From: Lophium mytilinum
Taxonomy: Eukaryota
DNA length: 64,000 nucleotides
Assembly: GCA_010093605.1 (NCBI GenBank)
Contig: MU004194.1
Location: 472,323 to 536,322, forward strand
Direction of reading: 5' to 3'
The notes beneath the pieces were generated by a model that was given only the letters and a program-made list of their open reading frames with translations, was not told the DNA's origin and made no database searches. Both the position numbers and the translations under genes were made by a program. Shown in pieces: positions 49,508-63,406 of this stretch. Each line of letters opens with the position of its first letter. Positions within the stretch are counted from its first letter, which is position 1.

Positions 49508-52309
49508 ATGTCGTTCGGAGTGTCAATTGGAGATTTCTTGAAGCTCTACGAGACTGGAATGACCGTATATAAGAAATGTCAGTATCGTGACAACACTTGG
49601 TATGCACAGAACATGATGACTAACCGAATCGTAGGCAGGGACTCACCAGGCGAATACAAAACCTTGACCAACGAAGCCCGCGCATTGACGAACGTTTTGC
49701 AAGATTTGGCGGACAAAGTAGAGCAGGGAACGATACCGGAATCTAAGCGCCCCCAACTCCTGGATGTCTACGAAGGAACCGTGGAAGTACTCCGGGAGCT
49801 CGATGCGACACTCACGCGATATGCGTCCTTGGATACAAAAAGCAAGAGAGCATGGGATAGGCTCACTTGGGATAGTGACCGATCGAAGAATCTCAGGGGG
49901 AAATTGACAAGTACCGTGGGCATACTGAATGGGTTCTGGAACTCCCTGATCCATGACAATCAGCTCATAATAATCGAAGCGCTTGGGAGACTGGAGAAAG
50001 ACTATGCGGGGGGCCATAGGGAGGAGAGCAGAGCTTCTGTTGAGAGGCTGGCATCTTCATCAGCTCGGCGTGGTGCAACTATCAGCGACGAACATGTAGA
50101 CTCTATGGACGACGATGACGAAGAGGATGAGGCGTGGCCACAGATTATCAGGGATCTCGAGGACGTGGGAGTGAGCAAGCAAGATGCGCTGGAATATCGG
50201 GACTTCATGTAGGTTTATGTTTGCTACACACACCGCGCTGGCCATGCTAATATCTACTGAAAGCATTGACTGGTTTGTACGAGCTGTCAATGATGGTAGG
50301 CTTATGGAGAAACCTGTCGAGGAAGCAGAGAGTCCTGGTGTCGACAGCTTTACGCGTGACCTTCAGCTTGCTCTTCCATCGGTTGGAGCTGCTAGCAATC
50401 TTCAAAGGATGCCAAGCTGGGAAACTCCCTCTTTCCCTCCAAAAGTAACGATCGCGAGAAAGCCTGTTGGTGCGTCTCCACGCACAGCTACGCAGCAATC
50501 CTCCCATCAATCCAGTCCTTTCATAGAACACTCCTCATCCTCAAGAACTAGCCCTTTGGTGGGTGCAACCAGCCCTCGTCCTAGTACAGACTCACTTTAT
50601 ACTCCACCGGAGCGTGTGCCATCTAGAGAATGGGATCAATTGCCAGTTCCACTCCAGCATCCACAGCTTGGCTCACAATCATCCTTGAACGCTCCATCTG
50701 GACCCAACACGTTTCCAGAATCCGGCTCTTCGGCTGATCCGCCACCAGCCACCCTGTATCAGGTGCCATCAATTGTGTTCCCGGAGACTCAATCAAGTTC
50801 AACGCCAATATTATCCGCACATGGGGGCGCCTATTCGCAGCCTCCAACGATTGTACATCAAGTTGCAGTTCCTTCAGTATCGCCACCGCCACCCCAGAGC
50901 TCGGCACAGCCACCACTTGCACCGCCTCCGGCATATGATCAATTACAGTCGCCATCGTCGACTGATTCCAACCTCCTATGGACGGCGCAGCTTATCGTGA
51001 CCGCTTGGAATGATTGCGACTATGTCACGGCAGGGAAGCATCTCGAGGACCAGCTAGCAGCTGTTCAACGTGGCGAATCTATCATGATGCAGCATCAGAT
51101 CGCTCAGCCTACAATGCGCTTGCTAATGCATCTAATTGGGGTTAGCGCATCATTCAGCGGCAACTTTCTCAAAGCTAAATCGTACTTCGAAGCCATAATA
51201 CGTGGTCCCTACACGAGTGGCGGAAATCTGGATGATGGAGACATCGCAGCTGCGCGCTGGCTAGGCGATACTTGTGTACGTACCTTTGCCTGCTCGATCA
51301 CCTGTCTAACTCTGCTAACCTTTCAATAAAGCTCCATCTCAATGAGCCTGATAATGCTGGACTTGCCTGGGCAATGGCTCTGGACGGCTACCTCGTCCGA
51401 TATGGCATCACGCGACATATCACAAGACGCGTGCTGGATGAATGTGGTATCCTTGATTACCGGCTGAAAGGACTAACCAACCTAGCAAACTCGTTCTCCC
51501 GTTTCAATTTCGATTCCTCCAACATATTGAAGACTACGTCGCATGTGGACAAAGCAAGATTGGTGTCCTTTGCTCTTAATCGTATACAAGAAGTCCGTGG
51601 TAATCCCGGACCTACCAACAGTAGCTATGCATCAACATTGAACAGGGCCTGCAGACCTCGTCTTGATTGGAAGCTCAGAGAGGGATTTTTGATTCAACCA
51701 CTAATCTCGCAGTCCTCGTGGCCACTACAGTACGATCCCTTCTTTTCGCCGTACGATGCTATCGCACTCCTTGGACGCATATCGGCGAACACCATATTTC
51801 TGGACGGCTCTGGTCAACAGTCCTTTGATTTCGACGCCATTGCGAGCGTCGGACTGAGTGGATCCAAGTCTTTGGATTATGTAACACGGAGAAACCCACA
51901 GTGGCTCGTAACATCAATACTGAATGGACTGAAGGCGTACGGCATCGAAGCGAAAGAAAAGGGGCACATGATTTTCTGCCGTATTTCCCAAGTGAGATCG
52001 AATTATGCATTCTTTGAGGGTATCGGGATTCTGGTCAAGAAGCTGCCATTCAGGAGCGTTTATGGCATCAAAGTCACGGAGGTATTGCATTCGACACGAG
52101 GCATGTGGAAGGGCCCTGCCTTTGGGTCCATGATGGACTTCAACAAGGACTCAAGTGGATTCCTGGATATTGTAAAGAGCATCCTAGAAATGGCAGAGGA
52201 CGAGGAAAAGTTGAAGGAGGCGGGAATTGCCGTGAGCGAGCTAGCTGAGGGCACAGCGTTATACAGCAGCGTGCCCGTCAAAACAGGGGAAAAGATCTCA
52301 TACGGCTAG
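49508..52309 (+). CDS. Protein with HeLo-like/STAND-associated fungal N-terminal domain, Pro/Ser linker and TPR-like C-terminal region, ~877 aa; exons 49508-49577, 49635-50208, 50264-51275, 51332-52309
   Basis: N-terminus MSFGVSIGDFLKLYETGMTVYKKCRDSPGEYKTL...AWDRLTW; EAWPQIIRDLEDVGVS segment; three GT-AG introns with CTAAC/CTAAT branch sites join the ORFs in frame. Confidence 0.8.
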
Positions 52310-54020
52310 GTGTGGGCAAGACTCGTGTTGTTGCAGAGATCTGCAATAATGAGGCCAGAAAGAATAACATTCTCGGGTGGCTGATAGAATGGCACACGGG
52401 TCACAGCAGACGGCCCACGCGCAAACTGCATTTTCGCGTGAGGTTTCCAGGGCAGGCTACGGCCAAGGCGAACTGACTCGCTTGGACATCAACCAGGACA
52501 TCGTCTCTTAGCCCGGGTACCGGCAGCAACGGCTGGAATGAAGCATTCGGTCGACCACGGTTCTCATGACCAGGCTCAATTCTGGAAGCGCGCGGGAAGT
52601 GGCAGGTTCCCAACCGACACCAATGACCCGGCCCGGGAGTGCAGGTGTCGAAAGCCCCTCCGAGGGGCGCAATGAGTGGAGAGGGTGAATGGAGGAGTAT
52701 GCAACTGGAATGCGCCTAGATAATACACACAGTACAGTAGGGTGCTCTTCACCCTTTTCACACCGTCACACTCTGGCATTACGCACGCACATGCGCTGTA
52801 GATAGCTCTATATTGCCTACTTTCTACCTTTCGCAGACGCCAGCCGTTTCTTCCCGGCTGCTTTTGGAGATGCAAGTTTGGTCGGTGGACGAGACACAAG
52901 TTTCAACTTGACTCCAGCCGAGCTGCGGTGCGCGGTCGGCTCCTAACAACGCCTACTCGGTGCCTGCGAAGAACGGCCTTCCGGTGGCATATCAGCAGCC
53001 GTGCAACGTCCGCCAAATGGCAGTGAAATAAAACAGGGCTCTGCATCCTTTGGCGAGGGTTGCAAATGACAGCTGCCTCACGGCTGTGGGTCTTCAAGCA
53101 AGCGGAGAGTATAAATAAGACGTTACTGTTCATGCCAAGGCTTAGCAGATAGCTATACGAGACGACGATAGCGACGAAGGATGGAGGAGCGAGCATCACG
53201 CGCAAACACGGGCGCAAATTGGCGAGGGCTGGTGTTGAGGATTTAGGCGTTTGGGATAACGAAAGCAGCATCATTTGGGCTTGTCTAGCGCCGGCAGCCC
53301 TGCGGCGATCCCAACTGTTTCTCGTTTCAGTTTCGCGCATTCGGAACTTTGGAGGCGGCTGATTGGCGGTGCATGCTCAGGACTCGCAGTGTTTGAGCCA
53401 CGCCGCCCGAGTGCAGCAGCGCAGCCTCCCTGGACCCAACACCACCCGCCGCCCTCGCAGCACATCGTCCCTTTTGCGGCGACAAGCCCAGGGAGCGCGC
53501 GGGAAGACGCTCGCTGCAGGGGCCGCCATGTCTGCTACCATGTCTGCCACCGACACCAACCCGCGATGAAGGGGCAGCCAGCGTTTGCAAACATGCTTGG
53601 CGCTGATCGTCCCGGCCGTCCATATCCATATCAATCTCCGCATCTGCAAAACCCCGCCTTCAGCTCTTCTTCATTCACCACCTCTGCTGCTCTCTGTTTC
53701 CTTCTTCTCTACAAGCTGGCCCTTTGTGCTTCTTGACCACCCAACTGCCGCCCTTCTTTTCTGCCTCCTGCCTGTCACTCTTTAAGGCCGAGACTTTGGC
53801 TTCTTGATACTCTCGCTTTGCCACCTTCAATTTTGATCCTCAGCGCCAGTCGACCTGTTCGCTCTTTGCCTGTGCCCTTCAGTCTTTACGGCTACATTCA
53901 TCCATCTGTGCATACTGTGTTTGCACCCCTTGCACCCTCCACATTAGCTTGTTGAACAAGCCTCGTCCGTTGCTTCTAACAGACAAACAACTTCCCTACT
54001 TGCCAGCTTCCTCGTTCACC

Positions 54021-55664
54021 ATGCTGTTCTCCAAGACTCCAGCCCTCTTGTTGGCTTTGGCCGCCGCTCGTTCTGCTGTTGCCCACACCGTCTTTACCCA
54101 TTTCTATGTCAATGGCCTCTCCCAAGTAAGTTCTCTAAGCAAAGCTCATTCGGGCTTGACTGACACATCCGGGTTTAGGGTGTTGGCGTTGCCATGCGTA
54201 TGAACAAGACGCCAAATAAGGCGTCTTTTCCAGTTGAGAACTTGGCCAGCAGTGACATGGCATGCGGTAGGCTTCCATTCGCCGTTGCCCTTCGCATATG
54301 CTTGGGTTTTAACACTTAAGCACGATGATGCTAATGGTGATCTTCAGGCTTCGATGGTACACAGGGCGTCTCCCGAGTTCAAACTGTCAAGGACGGCTCC
54401 ACTCTGACCTTCGAATTCCATTCATGGCCCGATGACTTCAGCAAGAAGTCTCTCGACCCAGGTCACAAGGGCCCTTGCGCTGTCTACCTCAAGAAGGTTG
54501 GCTCTGCGGTTGAAGACCCTGGTAAGCCCGATTCCATATCTCTCCTAGTATGAACCACGCATTGCTGACAACAGCAAAGGTACCGGTGACGGATGGTTCA
54601 AAATCTTCGATGACGGCTACGACTCTGCGAAGGATGAGTGGTGTACCGACCGTCTCATCGCGAACAATGGTCGCCTGTCTGTTAAGCTCCCGGCCAACCT
54701 CAAGGGAGGTGACTACCTTGCCCGGCCCGAACTCTTAGCTCTGCACAATGCCGTTTCTGGGGATCCCCAATTCTATACTGGCTGTGCTCAGATCTTCCTA
54801 GAGTCCAAAGGCACGTTAGTCCCAAAGAGCACCGTCTCCATACCTGGATACGTGAAGGCAGGCGAAGAGAGCGTCAGCTTCAACATCTACTACAACCCCG
54901 AAAAGAAACCCTACCCGATCCCCGGACCCAAGGTGGCCAAGCTGAAGGTTGGCGCATCAACTGGCGCAACTGAAAACACTCAGAAGGACGGCCTCAAACC
55001 CGCTGGCTGCATTATGGAGAACGCTAACTGGTGTGGGTTCGAGGTCCCGTCGTACACCGACGAAAAGGGCTGCTGGGCTGTAAGTGAAAGAATACCTCTG
55101 ATATAGTGTAATGGAAATACTGACTGTTTACAGTCAGCTCAAGACTGCTGGAATCAAGGCAACAAGTGCTACAAACCTTACCCACCCACTGGCGCGGCTG
55201 GCTGCGAGCTTTGGGAGAAGAAATGCCAAGCCATCGACGATGCATGCAACAACAAGCAGTTCACGGGTCCACCCAACAAGGGCAAAGATCTCACCCCTTC
55301 TCAAACTTCCATCGTCATCGGTCTGGTCATGCCTACCGCAAACGTTGCCCAAGGAGGTGATGACTCTCCCGCACCCTCCTCTGCTGTAGAGGTAGCCGCG
55401 AGCAGCGTAGCGTCCCCCAGCACATTCGCTGCTATCACCAGCGCTCCGGCCTACAGCAAGCCCGTCACGCTCATCAGCAAGTCGAAGACCGCTTCCACCT
55501 CGAAAGAGGCGGTTGAGGCTCCGGCTCCGACTTACAACCCCTACCTTAAGACCGTCACTGAGACCGTTGTCAAGACGGAGGTGGAGTACGTTACGCTGTA
55601 CAACAAGCACCGACGGGATAGCCACGTCCGGAGGCATGCGGCTGGCCTGGAGCCTCAATCCTAA
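54021..55664 (+). CDS. Secreted AA9 (GH61) lytic polysaccharide monooxygenase with C-terminal 8-Cys module and low-complexity tail, 5 exons
   Basis: Signal peptide then His1 (HTVF, 54084); GHKGPCAVYLKKV, GDGWFKI, YLARPELLALH, PQFYTGCAQIF, YPIPGP. Confidence 0.93.
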
Positions 55665-56331
55665 GCGTGGGAGTCGCCAATGGTGGGTTGCAAAACCAGC
55701 ATAACGACATCTTCTTATCACCGGGCTCTATAGCCGTATTATTACTTGTACTTCTATTCCTCTTCGATTCTCCTCAGCAGCAGGCTTTCAGCCATTTTGA
55801 CGGCCTAGATTTGCCACTTCTCTTGCTTTCTTTTTGATATGGTTTTCCAAAAGCGGCATTGGCTTCAAACTTTATCTTCTCTTGTCCACCCAATTTTTCT
55901 ACGGATAATGGGTGTCTTTTGGGCGTGTCCAGCTTGGTGGTGGGATTGACGGAGGCACGGATAGCATAGCAGAACTTGAACGAAGGCTTCAATATACGAG
56001 ATACGACGGTTGTTCCGATCTATGTGGATGTTTATGGCGACCGTGGTCAATGATCTTTGGATATAACGCAGCCTGAAGAAAGGTTCTCGGCATAGTACCG
56101 CCAGATCATACGTTTGTTCTGTTTACACCGGCTTGACACTGCTAGAGCAGATAACGCATGACAACCAGCATCGAACTCTGACGCCTTTGGATATTAGGAA
56201 CGTCATCGGAACGACTGGAATCATGGAATTAGAAGGGAAAGAAGTCGATGATACACACATGGCTTACTCGAGCTTATTTGGCAGGATAAGTCAATAGCTC
56301 TCAATTCCCCGTACTTATATACGTCCAACAC

Positions 56332-57858
56332 CTACAAATAGGAGCCAGCCTTCGCAGCCAGCCAGAGGGCAACAACGAACACAGCCCCTTGTACCCCTGC
56401 CCCGAGGACGATAGAAGATGTGCTCGCAATCGGTGGCCTATCGACCTCCTCCATAGCCTCGATCTCGTTCTCGAGCCTTTGTGCCATCTTCTCTTTCGAA
56501 AATTCACCTTTGACCCTCTCCCGACCCCATTTCCCCATTTCTTGGAGACGTTCCTCGCCAGTACCGTCCTCGAGTGCCACTCGCATCACCTCTGTCCAGT
56601 CTTGCACTTTACTGACGTCTCTCAGCCATCCAGTCTGGCCACTGATGACAGTCTCGGTTGGCCCGCCTTCATTGGCTGCTAGAACAGGTATACCGGCCAT
56701 CATAGCCTCTAGTGGCACAATGCCAAAGTGCTCGTTGCGGGGGGTATACACTAGAAGGCGTGAGGTAGCCAGCAGGGTCGATTTAAAGGCATTGGGAACG
56801 GACTGGAGGAACAGAACGGTGATGTCGTCAGGGATCGACATGGCACTGATGACCGTCTTTGCTGTGGCATGTTTCAGGTTCAGCGACGAGGCTAGGTTAC
56901 AGAGCTCATTGTAAGTCGAGACGTTCTCGGCGACACGGGCATCATAACCACCTAGGCATAATCAGCTTGCTATAGCTTAGATGTTTTGTGTATGAGAGGA
57001 TGACTTACCTGCAATCACGAGTCGTGATGTGCTTCTTTCTTGCTCGCTCAGCCCAGCGAACGCGCGGATGGCCAAGCCAACGTCCTTCTTCTTCTCGAAG
57101 CGGTTGATGCTAAGCAACACCTTCTTGTTGGACCATAGCGGTTTGAGATCCTCAGCTTCATCCGCCGAGGATGTGTCTACACATGGATATACAACTGTTG
57201 GCCTCCTGTTCTTCAGACCAGGAAATGCCTCTGCAAAAACACCCTTGGTAAACTTGCTATTGACCACAATGGTGTCGCTGCAACCTGTACTCCAGCTCTC
57301 TATCCAATCAAACGGGCCCCTGTATAGTGTCTTCAAGAGTCCTCCTTGCTTTGCAAGAAGCTTGTCTGGGAAGTGGCAGTAGAATATGACCCTGACGTCT
57401 GGGAGCAGGAACCGGAGAAGGGGTACTCCTGCGCTGAGCTGGTCAACGAAGAATGCAGTCGGTCGTAGAGTTCGTAGCTCGGACGAAAAGAGGCCAATTT
57501 GTACGATGAGGTGAAGCTGGCGTAGAATCGCGCAGAGGATGGAGAAGCGGCCTAGAACGGTGGGGGGCACGATGGTGTTCCCGCGGACGCGTACATCGAG
57601 AGTTCCTTTGTGTTGCAAAGCGGAGTCTCAGCTACCTTCCTCCAGTGTATGAGTGAGGTGTGATCGTGGCAGCTCTACAATGTGCTTACCATCTCGTGCT
57701 TCGTCGAAGCAGTGCCTGGGATCGCAGTGCGAGGTGAAGATGGTGACTTTGTGGCCCAGGCTCTGCAGGCCTACAGCGGCGTCGATAACAAGCCTCTCCG
57801 CACCACCGATGCCCAGATCGGGGTGGAAGAAGACAATGTTTTGAGGTTTGGGTGCCAT
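56332..57858 (-). CDS. ALG2: Alpha-1,3/1,6-mannosyltransferase (GT4), 3 exons
   Basis: [67 protein letters not shown]. Confidence 0.96.
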
Positions 57859-58170
57859 GTCCGGAGTTGTGTGTTTTGGTGATATTCTACCTTGGTACTG
57901 GAGTCTGGTGACGTTGCGGCAAGCCCGAATAATGGCAAGGCTTGCCGAGCGTCTTTGACGCAGGTGCCTGTGCTCAGGTGCATCTGATCTAATGCTTATC
58001 CATCTACCTGAACTACTACAACACATTCACTCTTCTCTAGAGTGAACTCGATTTCATGCTTTCCTCGTAGTCGCGCCCCCCGGTCTATTCAGACTATCGC
58101 CATGAGGACTTGACATTCGCGCACCCAGCCCTGTAGTTGAATCAACCACCCCAATACATCCACCGCCATC

Positions 58171-61100
58171 ATGGGCCAAGGATACTCTTTGACTACCCTT
58201 TCGGCGGGGTCGGCCGGTATCGACGTCCCGGAAATGGCTGACCTTACCTATGAGCAGTCTCTGGGCACGGCGAGGTTCATGAAATGCATCCGGGCTAAGC
58301 ATAGGGATGGCCTGGTCATCGCCAAGGTGGTCATGAAGCCATACGCTAGCTTCAAGCTAGATGAATATGTTCGCGTTCTTTTGAGTAAGTCTGCTTAACT
58401 GACCACCTCCTCTGATTGAGTGGCTCTTAATAAATATCTTAGAGGAAAGAAAGGCCCTCGCCGACGTCCCAAACGCTCTGGGCTATCATCGCATCTTGGA
58501 AACGAGCACAAATGGGTATCTCGTCCGGCAGTATATTCACAACTCTTTGTATGATAAAATAAGGTATGTATCTATGTTAGGCTAGGTTGATTCGTTACTG
58601 AAAGCGTCGTAGTACTCGGCCATTCCTCGAAGGTATCGAGAAGAAGTGGCTGGCTTTCCAGCTCCTTTGCGCCGTTCGGGATTGCCATGCTCGAGATATT
58701 TTTCATGGAGACATCAAGACTGAGAATGTTTTGGTGACCTCTTGGAACTGGCTCTACCTGGCTGATTTCTCCTCGTCTTTCAAACCCACGTACTTACCAA
58801 TTGACAATCCTGCTGATTTTTCGTTCTACTTCGACACGTCTGGTCGTCGGACATGCTACCTAGCGCCAGAAAGGTTCTTAAATGCAGGGGCCGAGCCAGA
58901 AGGCGACGGAACCATCACCTGGGCTATGGATATCTTCAGCGTTGGCTGCGTGATCGCTGAGCTATTCCTCGAAGCTCCCATCTTCGACTTGAGCCAGATG
59001 TTTCAGTACCGCCAAGATCAATACGACCCGGAGCGCATTCATTTCAGTAAGATAACAGATCGCTCTATCCGAGATCTGGTTGTGCATATGACACAACTTG
59101 AACCAAACTCTCGCATGTCCGCAGAAGACTACCTAAATTGGATGAAGGAACTCCATGGATTCCCAGACTACTTTTTCGAAATGCTTCACCAGTACATGTA
59201 TACCATCACCGACCCGACATCTGGGCGCAAGCCAGTCACTTCGGGGACTGAGAACTTTGGTGAGTGCGACGATCGGATCGACGAGATTTTCAGCGACTTC
59301 GACAAAATCATGTTTCACCTCAATGCGCAAGATGATCGCCCATCAATACGAATACCACGCCCAACACAGAAAGCAGACGGCGGGCTATTCCCTCTGGTTA
59401 TAGACATCCCGAACTATCAACATGAAGCGTTGAACAGACCAGGACCATCAGACGATGGGACCCTGATTTTCCTCATGACTGTGGAATCTTCTCTGAGAGG
59501 AACCGCTAAAGCATCTTCTCGTATTCGGGCTTTCGAGTTGCTGTTAGCTTTTGCAGAACAATCCACAGATGAAGCAAAGCTCGATCGTATACTTCCATAC
59601 ATAGCAACTCACCTGGAAGACAAGGCGGATATGGTAAAAGTAGCAGCCCTACGATCGCTGACTCAATTGGTAAGGCTGCAGTTCACTCGTATTCTGTGTT
59701 GTTTTGATTCTGTGCTGACTATACATAGTGCTCACTAGTCTCTGTCGCATCGCCGATCAATGCGAACGTCTTTCCCGAATATATTCTTCCGAGCTTGAAC
59801 TCGTTTCTCCCCCCTCCTCCTGACGCAACTGAGTCCTCGAGTCTGCTCATGAGGATGATATACGCATCATGCATCGGAACTTTGGCCACCACTGCTGCTC
59901 GAAACCTGGACAAGATGCAAGCACTCCGTGTTGACGTGTCTCTCCCGGATGCCGAGCCCGAAGTCGAAGACGATGACCCAAAGAATCGAAGTAACTCACG
60001 AATCTTTGATCTAGCGCGTGCCGACTTGATGTCTCAGATCGAAGTCCACACGAAAGCGTTGCTCACTGATCCTGATTTCTCAGTCAGACGGGCTATGCTT
60101 GGATCGGTGGCAGATCTCTGCAATTTCTTTGGGAGTTCGAAAGCCAACGACGTGATCTTAAGCCATCTCAACACATACCTCAACGTTACAGATTGGCTTC
60201 TTCGAAAAGCGTTCTTCGAAACGATTGTCTCGGTCGCTGTCTACGTTGGAGCGCCAAGCTTGGAAGAGTATATTCTCCCGCTGATGGTACAAGGCCTTAC
60301 AGACCCCGAAGAGTTCGTTATCGACAGAGTCATCCGCTCATTCTCTACAATGGCAGAGCTTGGTCTATTCCAGCGATCCAAGACCTGGGAACTGGTTGAC
60401 ATCGTAGCTCGCTTTACCATGCATCCCAATAGCTGGATCCGCGAAGCCGCAGCACAGTTCATCTCCGTTTCCACCTCCCATCTATCTATCGCCGATACAA
60501 ACAGCATTCTGTTCGACCTCATCAAGGTTTACTTTACGGTGAAACCCTCGGAGTATTCGGAACTGAAGATACTGGACTCTCTGAAGAAGCCCCTGCCCCG
60601 GATCGTTCTCGAAATGGCTTCCACGTGGGCAACAACAGCTGAAAAGGGACTATTTTGGCTAGCACCAGATAATAGACCACAGAACTCATCTGGAACGGGC
60701 CGAGACGCAGGACCGACAATCTCTGCACGAGACCTGACTCCAAAGAAGGCCCTGAGCCGGATCACAAAGAATGAGGAAGATGAGAAGTGGCTCACTCGCC
60801 TCCGCAGTGCTGGCATGAATCCCGACGATGAGTTCAAGTTAGTCGCATTAAAGGACTACATCTGGCGTGTGGCACATCGAAAACGGAACGATGACAAGGC
60901 TGTGCCAATTTCAAAGTTCAACGACATAGTAGCACTTAATGCTCTGGGTGTTATACCACATACCGTGCTATTTGACCAGGGCAAAGAGCTGCTGGAGAAA
61001 GTTCCAACGCAGGACACAGAAGCCCAAACGCAAATCACGTTGCCTCCCAGAACGATTGCAGATGCCTTGCTCGATGCTTCAACTACAGAAGAAGTGCCTG

Positions 61101-63079
61101 CTACTCGTGCCAAATCATCCTTGGCCGAACGGCTCGCGCGAGAGGAATCTGCACTCGGGCGTGGTTCTAGCCCAACGCCACCCAGATTATCCTCTTCGCC
61201 AAGCGCAGCACATCCTACTCTGATATCTCCTTTAGACGTCGAGTCACGTCGCTCTTCCCTTCAAGTTCCCAGGTCAGATCGTAAAGCCAATGATTCGCCA
61301 AATGGTCAGTCACCAGTGGGCTCGGTCGGTGGTATCACTTTCGGTGATCATAAGCATGGCCTAGGTCGCAAAAATAGCGCAATGAGTCTGCTCAACGTTG
61401 GTGACAATAAAGCTCACCCTGAGACTGGAACGACATCTGCGAACGCTTTTGGCAAGGTCGATGGCGTTCCAACGCGAGAAAGCAGACAAAAGACTCAGCA
61501 ACCCTCCCAGTTGGCGGTGGCCCAAGCACATCATCGCCAAAGCCCTTCACGAATAAGGTACAAAGAGTCGCATAACTATACCGGAAGCGACCAAAATATC
61601 CTAAGGCTGTTGGACTCACTATACTTGCAGAATTATCCTGCTGATGACATTGAGTTCGGACCGCAAGTCCAGTCGGTCGACCAACAGCCAATCAAACGTG
61701 GAAGCGGTCAGCCATCTTCTTCGGCAAACCCATGGCGACCAGAAGGAACACTGGTTGCCATGATTGGTGAACATACTGCCGCTGTCAGTCGGATTCTCGT
61801 TGCTGCAGATCATTCCTTCTTCATCACGGGATCTGATGACGGTTCCGTAAAAGTCTGGGATAGTTGGCGGTTGGAGAGGAACATCACACACCGATCTCGC
61901 CAAACTTTCAAGCTCAACGAAGGTGCCAAAGTCTCGAGTTTGGCATTCATCGAGAACACTTATTCGTTCGCCTGCACGGGAAGCGATGGAAGTGTTTTCG
62001 TGGTCAGAGTCGACTATCAACAGCTTCCAGGTGGTGGCACTAAGTATGGGAGACTGAAAGTGCTCAGAGAGTATCAACTTCCTGAAGGAGAGCATGCTGT
62101 GTGGTCGGATCATTACAAGAGCGACGTTCACTCAGTGCTGATGTTAGCGACTAATAAGTCGAGAATCATAGCGTTAGAATTGAGGACGATGACCGAGTTG
62201 TACACTCTCGAAAATCCTTTGCAACATGGCACCCCAACCTGTTTCTGTCTTGATCGGAGACAGTACTGGCTATTATTGGGAACATCGCACGGCGTGATAG
62301 ATCTTTGGGATCTCCGTTTCAGGCTTCGACTCAAAGCATGGTCGTTCCAAGGTGCCTCCCCCATCCACAGAATCGTTCACCAGTCTCTCGGAAGGAGCAA
62401 ATTTAAGATACACATTGCCGGAGGGACTGGACAGGGCGAGGTGACGGTCTGGAACATGGAGAAGGTAGTCTGTAAAGATGTGTACCGCACTGGTCTCAGC
62501 AAGGACAACCACAAGGGTATGGCTTTGATTGACGTGGACGAGGAAGGGCCAGGGGGCATGCTTGGGCGTTTCGCAACCTCCTTGGAACCCAATGGTAACG
62601 TCAATATCGACCGCGGTATACGCGCAATGGTGATAAGAACCCAACCTACCGAGAAGGGGAAGGACTACGAAACCAAGCAGTTGTTCCTACTTACTGCGGG
62701 CCCTGATTGGAAAGTCCGGTTCTGGGATACCGTGCGCCCCGAGGCTTCGACGGTGGTCAGTGGGATGGAACTGGACGAAGGCAAACCACAGTACAGCACG
62801 AGCCAACTGAGCACGGAGACAGTTGTAGTCACGGAACGACTGTCTCTACCCCATGGTCAGCAATCGTCTTCGAGCGGGCGGGATGGCAGCAGGGCAGCTT
62901 CCAACACGTCAGCTAAGAGGGGTAGCACGAAGCCATCCAGGTCGTCTATTATTTCTTTGCAGCAGCAGCATTTATTGCGGAGTCACATGGATAGCGTTTT
63001 AGATGTGGCGTTGCTGGAATACCCATACGGCATGGTGATATCGGCAGACAGGTCGGGTGTGGTTTACGTATTTCAGTAG
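58171..63079 (+). CDS. VPS15: Vps15 kinase/HEAT/WD40 regulatory subunit of class III PI3K, 4 exons
   Basis: MGQGYSLTTLSAG myristoylation-type start, ARFMKCIRAKH, HGDIKTENVLVTSWNWLYLADF, RRTCYLAPERF, HEAT region, WD40s (FITGSDDGSVKVWD). Confidence 0.96.
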
Positions 63080-63406
63080 CCAGAAGCGGAAGGGAATATA
63101 TATAACAAAATTTAAGAAACCAGCTAGATGTTCCTCCTGAGCATGTTACGAGCCTAAAACGATGAGCTTCGTTCTGTGACCATGGCTGGTGAAGATTATG
63201 GATTACTCTTTCGGTACTAGCGCAACCCCGGATTTTATGGCGGAGGCTCAATCTCAAAAACTGATGGTGACCGCACGACGCCCAGAACACCCCACCTCGT
63301 CGCAAACACACCCAACTTTCGCGCGCGCAACTCACGATCCGACTAATCATTTCCTCTTCCCGGGATTTCGAGATATTCCTACATCACCCGGTGGTGGTTG
63401 CGCAAG

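Noticed and set aside
52401..53785. ORFs of 64-153 aa upstream of the LPMO
   Set aside because: Low-information ORFs on both strands in a long promoter/5'UTR; no evidence of coding function.
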